A DNA stretch of 32,865 nucleotides from Octopus bimaculoides (Eukaryota): positions 36,454,897 through 36,487,761 of the forward strand of contig NC_068993.1 of the NCBI RefSeq assembly GCF_001194135.2, given 5' to 3'. Position 1 is the first letter of the stretch, and the number at the start of each line of letters is the position of its first letter. Below are positions 11,415 through 22,426 of the stretch, piece after piece. The notes beneath the pieces are model-generated. The model was given only the letters and a program-made list of their open reading frames with translations. It did not search any database and was not told where the DNA came from. The position numbers and the translations under genes are program-made.

Positions 11415-11836
11415 GTACCAGTGGAGCACTAAAAGCACCATCCTGAGCGTGATCGTTGCCAGAGCAGCTGTCTGGATTCCGTGCCGGTGGCACGTAAATA
11501 GCACCAGCGTGATAGTTACCAACGTTGCCTCCCTGGCACGTGAAAAGACATTCAAGCAAGATCGTTGCCAGTGCCGATGAACTGGCTCCTGTGCAGGTGG
11601 CACGTAAAATCCACCATTTCGAGCATGGCCGTCGCCAGTACCGCCTGACTAGCCTTCGTGCCGGTGGCACGTAAAAGCACCCACTACACTCTCGGAGTGG
11701 TTGGCGTTAGGAAGGGCACCTGTAGAAACTCTGCCAAATCAGATTGGAGCCTGGTGTCGCCTCCTGGTCCACCAGTCCTCAGTCAAATCGTCCAACCCAT
11801 GCTAGCATGGAAAGCGGACGTTAAACGACGATGATA
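11415..11836 (+). mobile_element. SINE family C body with an internal array of ~66-bp hairpin-containing units
   Basis: GTGCCGGTGGCAC-type units at about 11415, 11481, 11530 (partial), 11591 and 11658, followed by AAAGCACCCACTACACTCTCGGAGTGG and the shared (GAT)n tail. Confidence 0.8.
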
Positions 11837-12786
11837 AACATTAGTGGGGGGAAAAAAATTGACTTGGAATCCAACATTGAAAATATTGATTGTTAAACAC
11901 CAAAAACTATCCAGATACTTTATTAGCAATCTCAATTACAATTGGGTCAAAGTTGAGGAGAAATTTCTTGGGAAAAAAAAGTGCCTGTCACCTGACTATG
12001 TTTCAAACTCAATCAACTTCAACAACTATGCTGATCGACTTTTACTCTGAGATGATGCAACAGTATAAAATGATGCAATACTTGCAATGTAAAGATTTGA
12101 AACAGACAGGGTGACAATGACATGAAATCAGAAATTACTCATTTTGTCCTGGTTGCCAATTTTCCCCCCCTCTACATTTATGTGTTTGGAGGTGGTGTGT
12201 ATGTATGTGCAGCTGTTAACCAAGTTGCTAGTTATAGTAGCTACATTCCTCATCAATATAGAAATTTCAATAAACAAATAAGTCCTAAAAATAAGACAGG
12301 ATGGTCATAGAAGGAATGTCGTTCATCATAAATCTGCTGGGTCAAAGCTGACCTAAGGCTAATCAACAACAATTAGTGACAGACATATCCCAGTAGAAGA
12401 AAAATTCTCTATACAGTCACTTGGTTTGCTAGAAATAGCAACTAAATCACTACTAAAATTCCTTCAGTTATGCTCTACATCATAAATGGAAGGAATTAGG
12501 ACAAACAATGAGAAAATGTAATATATTGAACAAATGACAAAAACTATCCCAGCTATCTCAGGGATTTCTGTATTTTTTAACATTTCAGATAGTGTTACTA
12601 CTCTCTTGGTGTTAACAGCCTTTGAATACAATTGATAGGGAATTGATAAGCTCACTTTGCACATAGTTTCACATCAAGCCTCACTGTGTGGCACTATGGG
12701 CAAGTGTCATCTACTATAGTCCTAAGTCAACCATTGTCACATGAATGAATTTGGTTGACAAAAACTGTGGAATCCTGTTGTGTATG

Positions 12787-13330
12787 TCATCATCATCATC
12801 ATCGCTTAATGTCTGTTTTCCATGCTGGCATAGGTTGGATGGTTTGACAGGAGATGGCTAACCAGGGAGCTGTGCAGACTACAATTGCCTGTTGTGGCAT
12901 GGATGCTTTTAGCTTGCCCCCAGCATGGTTGTGTTTATGCAGCACCAGCATGAATGCATTTTTTGTGGCACCAGTACCTGCAAAGGTTAAGCCTGTATGT
13001 ATGGACTACAGCGATTTTACTTAGCTTGGTGTGTCTTAAGTACAGCAAATCACCACAATTCTCAGTCCCTTGTCATTTCCTCAGTGAGGCCCAGTGTCCA
13101 GAGATCCTTTCTCACCACTTCATCCAACATCTTCCTGGGTCTACCCCTTCCAGGGGTTCCCTCCACAATTGGAGCTTGACACTTCTTTATGCAGCTGTCC
13201 TCATCCATATGCATCACATGACCAAACTAATGCAGTCTCCTCTCTTGCACACATCTGATACCTCTTATACGCAGTTTTCCTCTTAATCCATTTACACTGC
13301 CGTGCATGCACACTGACGTTACCCATCCAG
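12787..13330 (-). mobile_element. 5'-truncated RTE LINE 3' end (ORF2 C-terminus, 3' UTR and (GAT)n tail)
   Basis: The minus translation ERRLH*FGHVMHMDEDSCIKKCQAPIVEGTPGRGRPRKMLDEVVRKDLWTLGL matches the RTE motif RRLRWxGHVxRM...GRGRPRK. The 3' UTR ends CAACCTATGCCAGCATGGAAAACAGACATTAAGCGATGATGATG. Confidence 0.85.
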
Positions 13331-13669
13331 TGGAGCATGCTAGCTTAATTTCTTTCAAGTTTTCGCAAGTCCTCCGTAGTACGATTATGTGCATCTTTGT
13401 GATTGTGTTTGTTGCACACGCATGCACACACACCATCCCTTGATAACCAGTGTTGGTTTGTTTACACTCCAATAACTTAACAGTTTAGCAGAAGAGACTA
13501 ATAGATTAAGTATCAGACAACAAGAAAAAGATGTAAATATACCAATGTACATATGCAAGGATAAAAATACACACACATACACATATATACTTATCACTCA
13601 TGGAAACACATAGTAAATGATTCACGAGTATTCAAGCAAACTAAGTCAACTTGTTCCATTTGCCAAAAA

Positions 13670-14219
13670 GGTTTGCAAGGCATTTGTTTTTGAAAGTAGT
13701 GGTTTTCTGATTGCAGCCCTCCCGTGAAATCCAGCTTTGTGCAGCTCCCAGCAAACAATTTTTGTGAAAACTGTTCTTGAGGTGGTCATTAAGCTCTGCA
13801 GTAATTTTGGGAGCTGTACATTTGTGATCCTTTCTAACTATTCGCTATCTGAAAGTTGTGGTTTTCTTCCTGAGTTTTGTTTCAACAAGGAGGTTTTTCC
13901 CTCTTTGTCAAAGGCTGTCATTACTTTCAAGACAGTACTTCTTGATACACCAAACATTTCAACTGTTTTCGTTTCGCTAGTCACTGCCATACGAGCACCA
14001 ACAATTTGACCTCTTTGAAAGTCCAATAGATCTGTGATTTTAATGAATTTTAATTACTCTTTTCTGATGATATCTGAAAACAAACAGCAATTTTAGCAAA
14101 ACTTATCAAGCAACACTAATAATAAATCAAAAAACAAAAATAAACAAGCTTTTGATGGTTTTATAGATATTTCAAAATTACGATGCTAGGTGTTTCCATT
14201 ATTTTGTCCAACTCCTGTA
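13670..14219 (-). mobile_element. Truncated Tc1/mariner element (5' TIR plus N-terminal HTH region of the transposase)
   Basis: On the minus strand, TA precedes the terminus CAGGAGTTGGACAAAATAATGGAAACA (element end 14217). Translation gives DFQRGQIVGARMA...FGVSRSTVLKVM...NSGRKPQLS, continuing after frameshifts as ITAELNDHL and ELHKAGFHGRAAIRKPLLSK. The DDE domain and second TIR are absent. Confidence 0.88.
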
Positions 14220-14225
14220 TGTATG

Positions 14226-14275
<50 letters not shown>

Positions 14276-14290
14276 TATATGTGTGTGTGT
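14218..14290. repeat. Compound (TGTA)n(TA)n(TG)n microsatellite at the Tc1 TA insertion site
   Basis: Read directly from the sequence. Confidence 0.9.
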
Positions 14291-14361
14291 TGTTAAAACT
14301 AAGCATCTGGACAAAGGTAAACATGTAAACAAACATACACATGTATATATCTACACATACA

Positions 14362-14515
14362 GAGGCATAAGCATGGCTGTGTGGTAAGAAGTTTGCTTCT
14401 CAATCACATGGTTCCAGGTTCAGAGCCACTGCATGACACCTACTATAGCCTCAGGTCAACCAAAGCCTTGTGAATGGATTTGGTAGACAGAAACTGAAAG
14501 AAGCCTGTTGTGTAT
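14362..14515 (+). mobile_element. SINE family B 5' fragment, internally deleted
   Basis: GCATGGCTGTGTGGTAAGAAGTTTGCTT...GGATTTGGTAGACAGAAACTGAAAGAAGCC. Confidence 0.7.
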
Positions 14516-15034
14516 CTTCTACTATATATGAGGGGGTATGAAAAGTTTTGAGCCTTGAAGTCTTGTACCATGTTTTGTTTTTTCAAGGCTCAAGACTTTT
14601 CATACACCCTTCGTAAATGCAAGTGTATGTATGTGGTTATGCATGCGTATTTAGTCCTGAAAGGCTCTAAAACAGTGCATCCTTGAGAAAACAAATTTGA
14701 TTTTCAAAATATGTGCAAAGAGAAGGTTGTCCGTGAATAATAATCAAAAAATAAAATTTACTATAAGAAATAGCTCAACTTTTAGATCAACAGCTTTCCT
14801 ACTCTCTATCTCTCAGACTTCCACTCTCTACATATATTTTCTGCACTCTTTATCACTCTCTGTATATGTATTATCTCTCATGCATGCTGTCACTCCATCT
14901 CTCTTTTCATATAATGTAATTGCTTTCATTTGGTTTAAAACTGTTTTGTAATGTTTACTTTCATTTTATGATGCATTACTATTACAGACAAATCCTGTTT
15001 TCTAATTGAGTAAAACTTATCAAACTTTAAACTT

Positions 15035-15562
15035 CTGTAACAATTTCTAAAATTTTCCTGGAATAAATGAATCACAAAATCAAATTCAACATGAAAAAGT
15101 ACATGAATGTACCAAATTTGAAAATTTTCGCTTAATTTTCAAATTTCAAAATCTGTAACAACAACAAAGATCTTTTTCTATTTGTTTCTTTCATTTTTTG
15201 CTTTACTCATTGTAAACTCCCCCACTCCTATATATATATTTACCACACTCTCTCTCACTCTCTATAAATATATATAGCTTGCACTGAGTGAGCTATATAC
15301 TTTTATATACCTCTGTAACATTTTTCTAGAAATTTTCTGGAATAAATGAATCACAATATCAGATTCAGTGGGAAAAAGTACACCAGCATATGAGATTTGA
15401 AAATTTTCACTTAATTTTAGAATTTCAAAATCTGTGACAGCAACAGAAAAGACCTCTCTCCCTCTCTTTCATTTTTCACTTTTGTCATTGTAAACTTTCC
15501 CCTCTCTTTCTATATATATATATATATTTACTACATTTTCTCTCTCTCTCTCTCACTCACTC
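15035..15562. repeat. Diverged tandem duplication, period about 278 bp
   Basis: CTGTAACA...GGAATAAATGAATCACAA...TTTGAAAATTTTC...AATTTCAAAATCTGT...CATTGTAAACT recurs starting at 15035 and 15313. Confidence 0.8.
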
Positions 15563-16105
15563 AATATTTGTGTGTGTGAGAGGAATTTTGTAAGAGCAAC
15601 AGTGATTTTAAAAAAGTATGTTAAAGATAATTTATTTTAATAGAAAATGAAATGTAATTTTTAAAAAATACACTATTTGAAAATAAAGGAAGTGGGGATT
15701 GTAATGATGATCACCAAAATCAGAACTAAGCGGGGAAGGGAAGAGACTGAAGAAATTCATAAATTTTCAAAAATTTTTTCATAAAAAGCTTCCCTCCATC
15801 ATTCGTGAGGGAGTAGTGAAAACAGTTTGAAAAATCCTTGTCAAAACACAGAAAATTCAACTTATGTGGGTTCTCTATTCCAAAACTTCTGTATGATCTC
15901 ACAAGTACAGTAAATATGTTTGTGCGTGTGTTGTGTATATGTCAGTATGGTTGATGTGGCTGCATGATATATTTGTATGTGTATATGTGTCAATAAATAT
16001 GTATGTATGTCTATACATTCAATGTATCTCTATGAATAGTTGTGTGTTTTAATATTCTATACCTATTATATTTCCAGTACAATATTCCTCTAGAGAAAAC
16101 CAGTG

Positions 16106-16283
16106 ATGATGCAGTTACTTTTCCCAGCTTTAGCATTGATGCCAATGCTCACTCTCACAGAAGGTGCTAATCATACATCAAACACGAACTTTTCAATATC
16201 TGCTGGGTACATATCTTCAGCAATATCTGTCATCTTTTATGGTAGCAACTTTGTACCTGTTAAACAATATGAAACGGGTGATG
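16106..16283 (+). CDS. TMEM144: TMEM144-like membrane protein, coding exon 1 (exon starts at 16078; ATG at 16106)
   Basis: Encodes MMQLLFPALALMPMLTLTEGANHTSNTNFSISAGYISSAISVIFYGSNFVPVKQYETGD-G. The GSNFVPxKxxxTGDG motif matches TMEM144 as I recall it. Acceptor TTTCCAG ends at 16077; donor GTAAGA at 16284, phase 1. Confidence 0.9.
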
Positions 16284-17059
16284 GTAAGACTTCATCTATC
16301 TCTTAATATTTTTCTTTATTTTTCCTATGTCTTGTAAGTGTATTTGGTAGATGGAAATTATACAGAGGCCCATTATGTACACATATACCTTTCTCTACTC
16401 TTCTCTCTCTTTCACTCTGTTTCCCCAATCCCTCTACTCCTTTGTTCTTTCTCTCTCTGTCTCCCATTTTTCCCTCTTAATACTTCCTCTTCTGTACCAC
16501 ATGACCAGTGTCCAGTAAAGGCAGTGTTGTTCTTTTTCGCTCTGCTTTTGACCAGACTGGTCTGAGCTTCTGCTGCGTCCACTAGGACTTACTCCATTTC
16601 ATCTTTGCGCAACCCCACTAAATTCATTCGATAGCTGCAAAGCTCTTTCTTTTGTATCTGTGGTATATGCATAATTATTATTTTTCTTCTGTTGTATATA
16701 GCTGTAAAGCTTCATGCTGTTATATATACATAATTCTTTGTCTGTTGTATAATATCTTGTTTGTTTCTATCTTAGTATGCATTTGCTAACTTTTTTCCAG
16801 TAGCTTAATAACACCACTGGTGCCTCCAAAATTAAGTGGTCTCAATGGTAATGGCGCAAAATCACTATGATATTTTGGGTTATTAACTGATGAGGAAAAC
16901 TCAGCTGCGAATATTCCGTGTATCATGTCTTTGTCTATATTTCCTGTCTATTAAGTTTTTGTCTAGTATTCCATTTGCTCTGCTTTAGTCTAACTTTTTC
17001 TCCATGTTATGTTCTTTCTGTTCAACCCTTGATATATATATATATATATATATATATAG

Positions 17060-17399
17060 AAGGCACATGGCTCAGTGGTCAGTGTCAGGCTCACAATCAT
17101 GAGGTAGTGAGTTCGATTCCCGGCTTGTACCCTCTGACTCGCTTCCATGCTGGTAGCACATAAAAAGTACTATCTGAACGTGATCGATGCTAGGCCCACC
17201 TGACTGGCTCATGTGTCAGTGGCATGTAAAAAGCACCCACTACACTCTCGGAGTGGTTGACGTTAGGAAGGGCATCCGCTGTAGAAACTCTGCCAGATCA
17301 AACTGGAACCTGGTGCAGCCTTCTGGCTTGCCAGTCCTCAGTCAAACCATCTAACCCATGCCAGCATGGAAAACAGACGTTAAACGATGATGATGATAG
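17060..17399 (+). mobile_element. SINE family C, complete copy with tRNA-derived head
   Basis: A-box-like TGGCTCAGTGG (17068-17078), B-box GTTCGATTCC (17111-17120), a single degenerate hairpin unit, and the shared RTE-like (GAT)n tail. Confidence 0.8.
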
Positions 17400-17960
17400 T
17401 CATGAACGGGCTGTTTCAGTTCACCTCCAATTCTGTTCAAATATGTGATGTTGATATGCCTCAAAAATGGTGAAATATCGATGTCCATTTGCTCATGAAT
17501 GAGACTTGGGATGAGTTGTCTTGTCTATGTTTTTCAGGTGTTTTCATACCTGGTGCTTTGAGTCATCTCCACCACATCAAACCACAGCCTACCGGCAGAC
17601 AAGCTAAGTACATGCATTGAGTATGTTTGTTCAATAATATATATATATTTATCTAATATATATATAATCGATTAAGTAAACAGAAGATGGAATTGGTATA
17701 ACTCTTTATTTTGTACAACGATCATTTCAACCCATCCAGGGGCTGTCCTTTATGGGTGGGATGCTGTGCATTATATTGTGTTGAATCAATTTTGCAGTCT
17801 GGGTCACATCAAGTACATTCATATGTAAAGTAGTGTCTCACTAATGACCTTGAGCTTGGGCGGTCATGTTATTTGCTCGCTTTAGTTAGGGGAATGAGGC
17901 ATATCCATAACAAATAATAATATAAACTGTAGACAAGAAAGGAAGAAAAAAGAAAAAAAT

Positions 17961-18375
17961 TGTGGCTGTATGGTAAGTAGCTTGCTTAACAACCACATGG
18001 TTCTGGGTTCAGTCCCACTGCGTGACACCTTGGGCAAGTGTCTTCTATTATAGCCTCGGGCCGACCAAAGCCTTGTGAGTGGATTTGGTAGACGGAAACT
18101 GAAAGAAGCCCGTCGTATATATATGTGTGTGTGCGTGTGTATGTATATATATATATATATATATATATAATGTGTGTGTGTGTCTGTGTTTGTCCCCCCA
18201 ACATCGCTTGACAACCGATGCTGGTATGTTTACATCTCTGTAACTTAGCGGTTTGGCAAAAGAGACCGATAGAATAAGTATTAGGCTTACAAAGAATAAA
18301 CCCTACGGTCGATTTGCTCAACTAAAGGCAGTGCTCCAGCAAGGCCACAGTCAAATGACTGAAACAAGTAAAAGA
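17961..18375 (+). mobile_element. SINE family B, near-complete copy
   Basis: GGTTCAGTCCC B-box-like head, internal (TA)/(TG) tract and conserved 3' end. Reverse-complement match to 8945-9310. Confidence 0.85.
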
Positions 18376-19054
18376 GGAAAAAGAGACGGAAAGTAAATGG
18401 GAGAGGGATATAGATAGTTTGAGACCAGTGGAGGAAAAATTAGATTACATTCGGTTTAAAGTGAGAGAAAGGTACTAGAAACAGGAAAGAAAGAATATAT
18501 GCAGTTAAAATTGTTTGGAAGAGTGATATAGATTGGTGGAACCTTTTGAGGAATGATATTAAAAGTCTGTCATCACACTTACTTTAAGGTTATGCCTAGG
18601 TTTATGCAGGTGTCCTGTAATAAAGATTGTGATTTAAGAGCTATGAAGTTTATGTCCCTCTACTTGACTCAACAAACTTAATTGGCAGCATTGATAATGA
18701 TAAGTTCAACTGAGAAGGTGTAATAAAACTGAAACATGTCCAATATCATACACTCAGGTGGGACACCACCTTATAGGGTTTAGTGAAACAAATCAGCCCC
18801 CAGTGCTTATTTTTTAAAAGTCTGGTACCTATTCTACTGGTCTTTTTTTTTACCAAACCACTAAGTTAATTACAAGGATATGAACAAACCAACACCAGTT
18901 GTCACAGGATGGTGGGGGACAAACACAAAGACACACTTACACACATAGACACATAAGCATGCACATGCGCACACACACACAAATCAGGTTTCATTCAGTT
19001 TCTTATTTCTTTACTGCCCACAAGGGGCTACACACAGAGGAGACAAACAGATTA

Positions 19055-19222
19055 AGTCAATTATATCAACCCCAGTGCGAAACTGGTACTTATTTTATCG
19101 ACCCCGAAAGGATGAAAGGCAAAGTCGACATCGACAGAATTTGAACTCAGAATGTAGCGGCAGACGAAATACCGCTAAGCATTTCACCCGCCGTGTTAAC
19201 GTTTCTGCCAGCTCGCTGCCTT
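19055..19222 (-). mobile_element. SINE family A copy
   Basis: Reverse-complement match to 2251-2400. Confidence 0.8.
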
Positions 19223-19818
19223 CATTCATTCAGTTTCTGTCTACTACCAAATCCACACATTAGGCCTTGGTCAGTCCAGGGCTCTAGAAGACACTTGCCC
19301 AAAGTGCAACACAGTGGGACTGAACCTGGAACCAGTTAATTAAAATCCCTTGGCTTATAACATTTCACTACATTGTAGATCATGCTAGCTTTGGTTGCAA
19401 GCTTGGAAAATAAAATACAAAACAAGAAAAAAATAGCAACAAAACTGCAACAAAAAAGAGAAGAAATTCTGTATAACAACTGTTTTCTCTCCATCTGTCA
19501 TTATGTCAATATGATGGGCCTTATATTGATTTGGATGTTTAAAGGTCTTTCAGATTTATGAATTGACTTTTTAAAAATTATGAATTTATTGATCCAGATT
19601 TTTATTTATTGCTCTATCTTTTATCTTTTTTCTTTTACTGGTTTCAGTCATGAATTGACCCCAGTACTTATTTTTACTTTTTTATGCTTAGTACTTACTC
19701 TATCAACCTCTTGCTGAACCACTAAGTTACAAGGACATAAACACATCAGCACTGATTGTCAAGCAGTGGTGGAGGACAAGCACAGACATAAAGACACACA
19801 CACACACACATAGATATA

Positions 19819-19869
<51 letters not shown>

Positions 19870-19981
19870 TCTCTTTCCTTTCCCGAGCGTCCAATAACAC
19901 TATCCGTATCACGTCCTCACTTTTTTGTTATTGTTTTTTGTGTTTTTTTGAACTTATATATATATATATATATATATATAT

Positions 19982-20355
19982 NNNNNNNNNNNNNNNNNNN
20001 NNNNNNNNNNNNNNNNNNNNNNNNNNNNNNNNNNNNNNNNNNNNNNNNNNNNNNNNNNNNNNNNNNNNNNNNNNNNNNNNNNNNNNNNNNNNNNNNNNNN
20101 NNNNNNNNNNNNNNNNNNNNNNNNNNNNNNNNNNNNNNNNNNNNNNNNNNNNNNNNNNNNNNNNNNNNNNNNNNNNNNNNNNNNNNNNNNNNNNNNNNNN
20201 NNNNNNNNNNNNNNNNNNNNNNNNNNNNNNNNNNNNNNNNNNNNNNNNNNNNNNNNNNNNNNNNNNNNNNNNNNNNNNNNNNNNNNNNNNNNNNNNNNNN
20301 NNNNNNNNNNNNNNNNNNNNNNNNNNNNNNNNNNNNNNNNNNNNNNNNNNNNNNN
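19982..20355. other. Assembly gap (374 N) flanked by (TA)n
   Basis: N run with TA dinucleotide tracts on both sides. Confidence 0.99.
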
Positions 20356-20387
<32 letters not shown>

Positions 20388-20404
20388 GATAGATGTATAT
20401 ATAT

Positions 20405-20560
20405 GCAATGGGCTTCTTTCAGTTTCCATCTACCAAATTCACTCACGAGGCTTTGGTCAGCCCAAGGCTAAAGTCAAAGACATTTGCCCAAAGTGCCACA
20501 CAGTGGGACTGAACCCAGGACAATGTGATTGGGAAGCAAGCTTCTTAACACACAGCCTGT
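20405..20560 (-). mobile_element. SINE family B 5' half (matching 3' half probably at about 19620-19810, across the gap)
   Basis: GGGCTTCTTTCAGTTTCCATCTACCAAAT...CAGTGGGACTGAACCC is the reverse complement of the family B head. Confidence 0.75.
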
Positions 20561-22306
20561 CAAAACTTTCTTTGGGGTGGAATGAAGATCCAGGAGAACC
20601 AAAGAATCAGAGAAGGGACAAAAGCCATCTGTGTTTTTGCATGTGTAATAAATAAGGCAACATTTAAGCATGAAGGCGATGTTGAGTAAAATGGTGAAGG
20701 TGTTTTATTATAATATCCACAGTAGATGTGTAGTTAAAAAGTTTGCTTTGCAACTGCATGGCTTTGAGTTCAGTCCCATTCTAGGTAACTGCTTTCTACT
20801 ATAGATTTGAGTCAACTAAAGTCTTGTGAATGAAATTTGATAGATAGAATTTGTACAGAAGTCTGTTGAAGGGACTGTACAAGTTCCTGGGTGGTATATT
20901 TCATCTGATGTTTGGTTTAATATAACCACTTGTCTCATGGGTGCCTTTAGCAGAGTTCATTCTGGCCCAGTTTTAACCGACTATATCCAGCCAAAATATT
21001 AGACCTGTTTTACGTTCAAACTGGCTAGATGTGGCCTCTCACACCAACCCTACAATGTCATTTTAAAAATTAACAGTTAACTCATTAAAATTGCAAAGCT
21101 ACAATAAATTGAATAAATAAGCATTACTTTTGACAGAATAATGTGAATGTTAATGTTATGACTATGACTTCTTCCCTTCCTCCCGCCCATCTTGGAGTCC
21201 CTTAAAAAGGGTCAGGAATGTTCCCCTTCCTCATCTGACTAAACAATAAAAAAAAAGAAGAGATATTGCCTTCTAGGATTCAGACCTCAATGTTGCTCTA
21301 TTCTTTCATCTGTACTGTATAAAAATGTTGAACTACAAGTCCATAAGTCTTGAGTTCAAATTGATTGAAGCTAATTCTTTATGTATTTTGGTAGGACCTT
21401 CAATTCTAGCTGAAGTCTCAGTCCACCTGAGACACTGTCAAGAATTAAAAGACCTGACAAAAGACATTAAGAAATGTAAATATATTCCAGATTAATTTCA
21501 GCTGATAATGACAAACACATTGATGTTCTGTCTTTCCATTTGTTAAATACCAACAAGAAGCTGTGCACCACACCCTTCACACCCCCATTCTTCACTGCAT
21601 TGGTGATATTTATGTTTAATTACACTGTACTTTTTTTTTTTTTGGTCTGTAAGTGTAATTCTCTATTTGCTTCTATCCAGAAATCAAAGAAAATTACTAC
21701 TATTCCCTTCAAATTTTGTTTTTGTGACCTGGACATCCATGTTTTCAGACAGATTCAGCGCTGAATTGCTAAAGCAGAAATATCATTATAGCAAGTATTC
21801 TGCTCAATACAACAGATTTGTCTGTCTGTTGCTTGACCTTATCCACTTGAGCATGTCCCTTGGTGACTGACGATATGTGCATCTCTGATCATGAGCAGAA
21901 ATAGTGGGGCAGCATCATAGCTATGTGTTGAGAGGGATTCTTTGGGATTTGAATAAATGTAACAAAAGCAAAGTTTGAAGGAAATAGTCATTTTTCATAT
22001 TTTCTAGGGATAAACAAATAGGAAATATCGGTTGTTATCTATTGTTATCCAAGGACAAAAATTGCAGAATTATTTGTCCTTGTGTTCAAATGATGGGATA
22101 CATTCAGAAAAAGTATCAGATAACTGAAACAGACTATACCCTATTCAAGGAGAAATTCAGCTCCCATCTACCCAATATCTTAAAACCTGCACAAAGAATC
22201 AGCCCTTAAATGACCCTTAAAGGCCTTACAAGCATTTTCATTTATGCAAATGTTTCTTTACAAACACTAAATTCTACAGATTATAAACTGTTTTCTCTCT
22301 TTCCAG

Positions 22307-22426
22307 GAATGTTTTTCCAATGGGTATTAAGTTCTGGTATATTCCTTGTCGGACTTATCATCAACATCTACAACCAAAGTGTCTTTTACCCTTTGGCAAT
22401 GGTTGGCGGCGTCATTTGGGCAACAG
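22307..22426 (+). CDS. TMEM144: TMEM144-like coding exon 2 (120 nt, phase 1-1)
   Basis: Encodes (G)MFFQWVLSSGIFLVGLIINIYNQSVFYPLAMVGGVIWAT(G). Acceptor TTCTCTCTTTCCAG; donor AG/GTGATC. Confidence 0.92.

Noticed and set aside
17060-17125. tRNA-like A/B boxes (also 28616-28680 and family A heads)
   Set aside because: No complete cloverleaf or acceptor stem; each continues into a SINE body, so these are SINE heads and not tRNA genes.
17538-17607. Possible extra exon in coding intron 1 (good acceptor TTTTTCAG)
   Set aside because: Weak donor, 70 nt would break the frame, no TMEM144 similarity, and exons 1 and 2 already join without missing residues.
19818-20446. Longest ORFs in the track (170-184 aa)
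   Set aside because: Artefacts of translating through (TA)n and the N gap.
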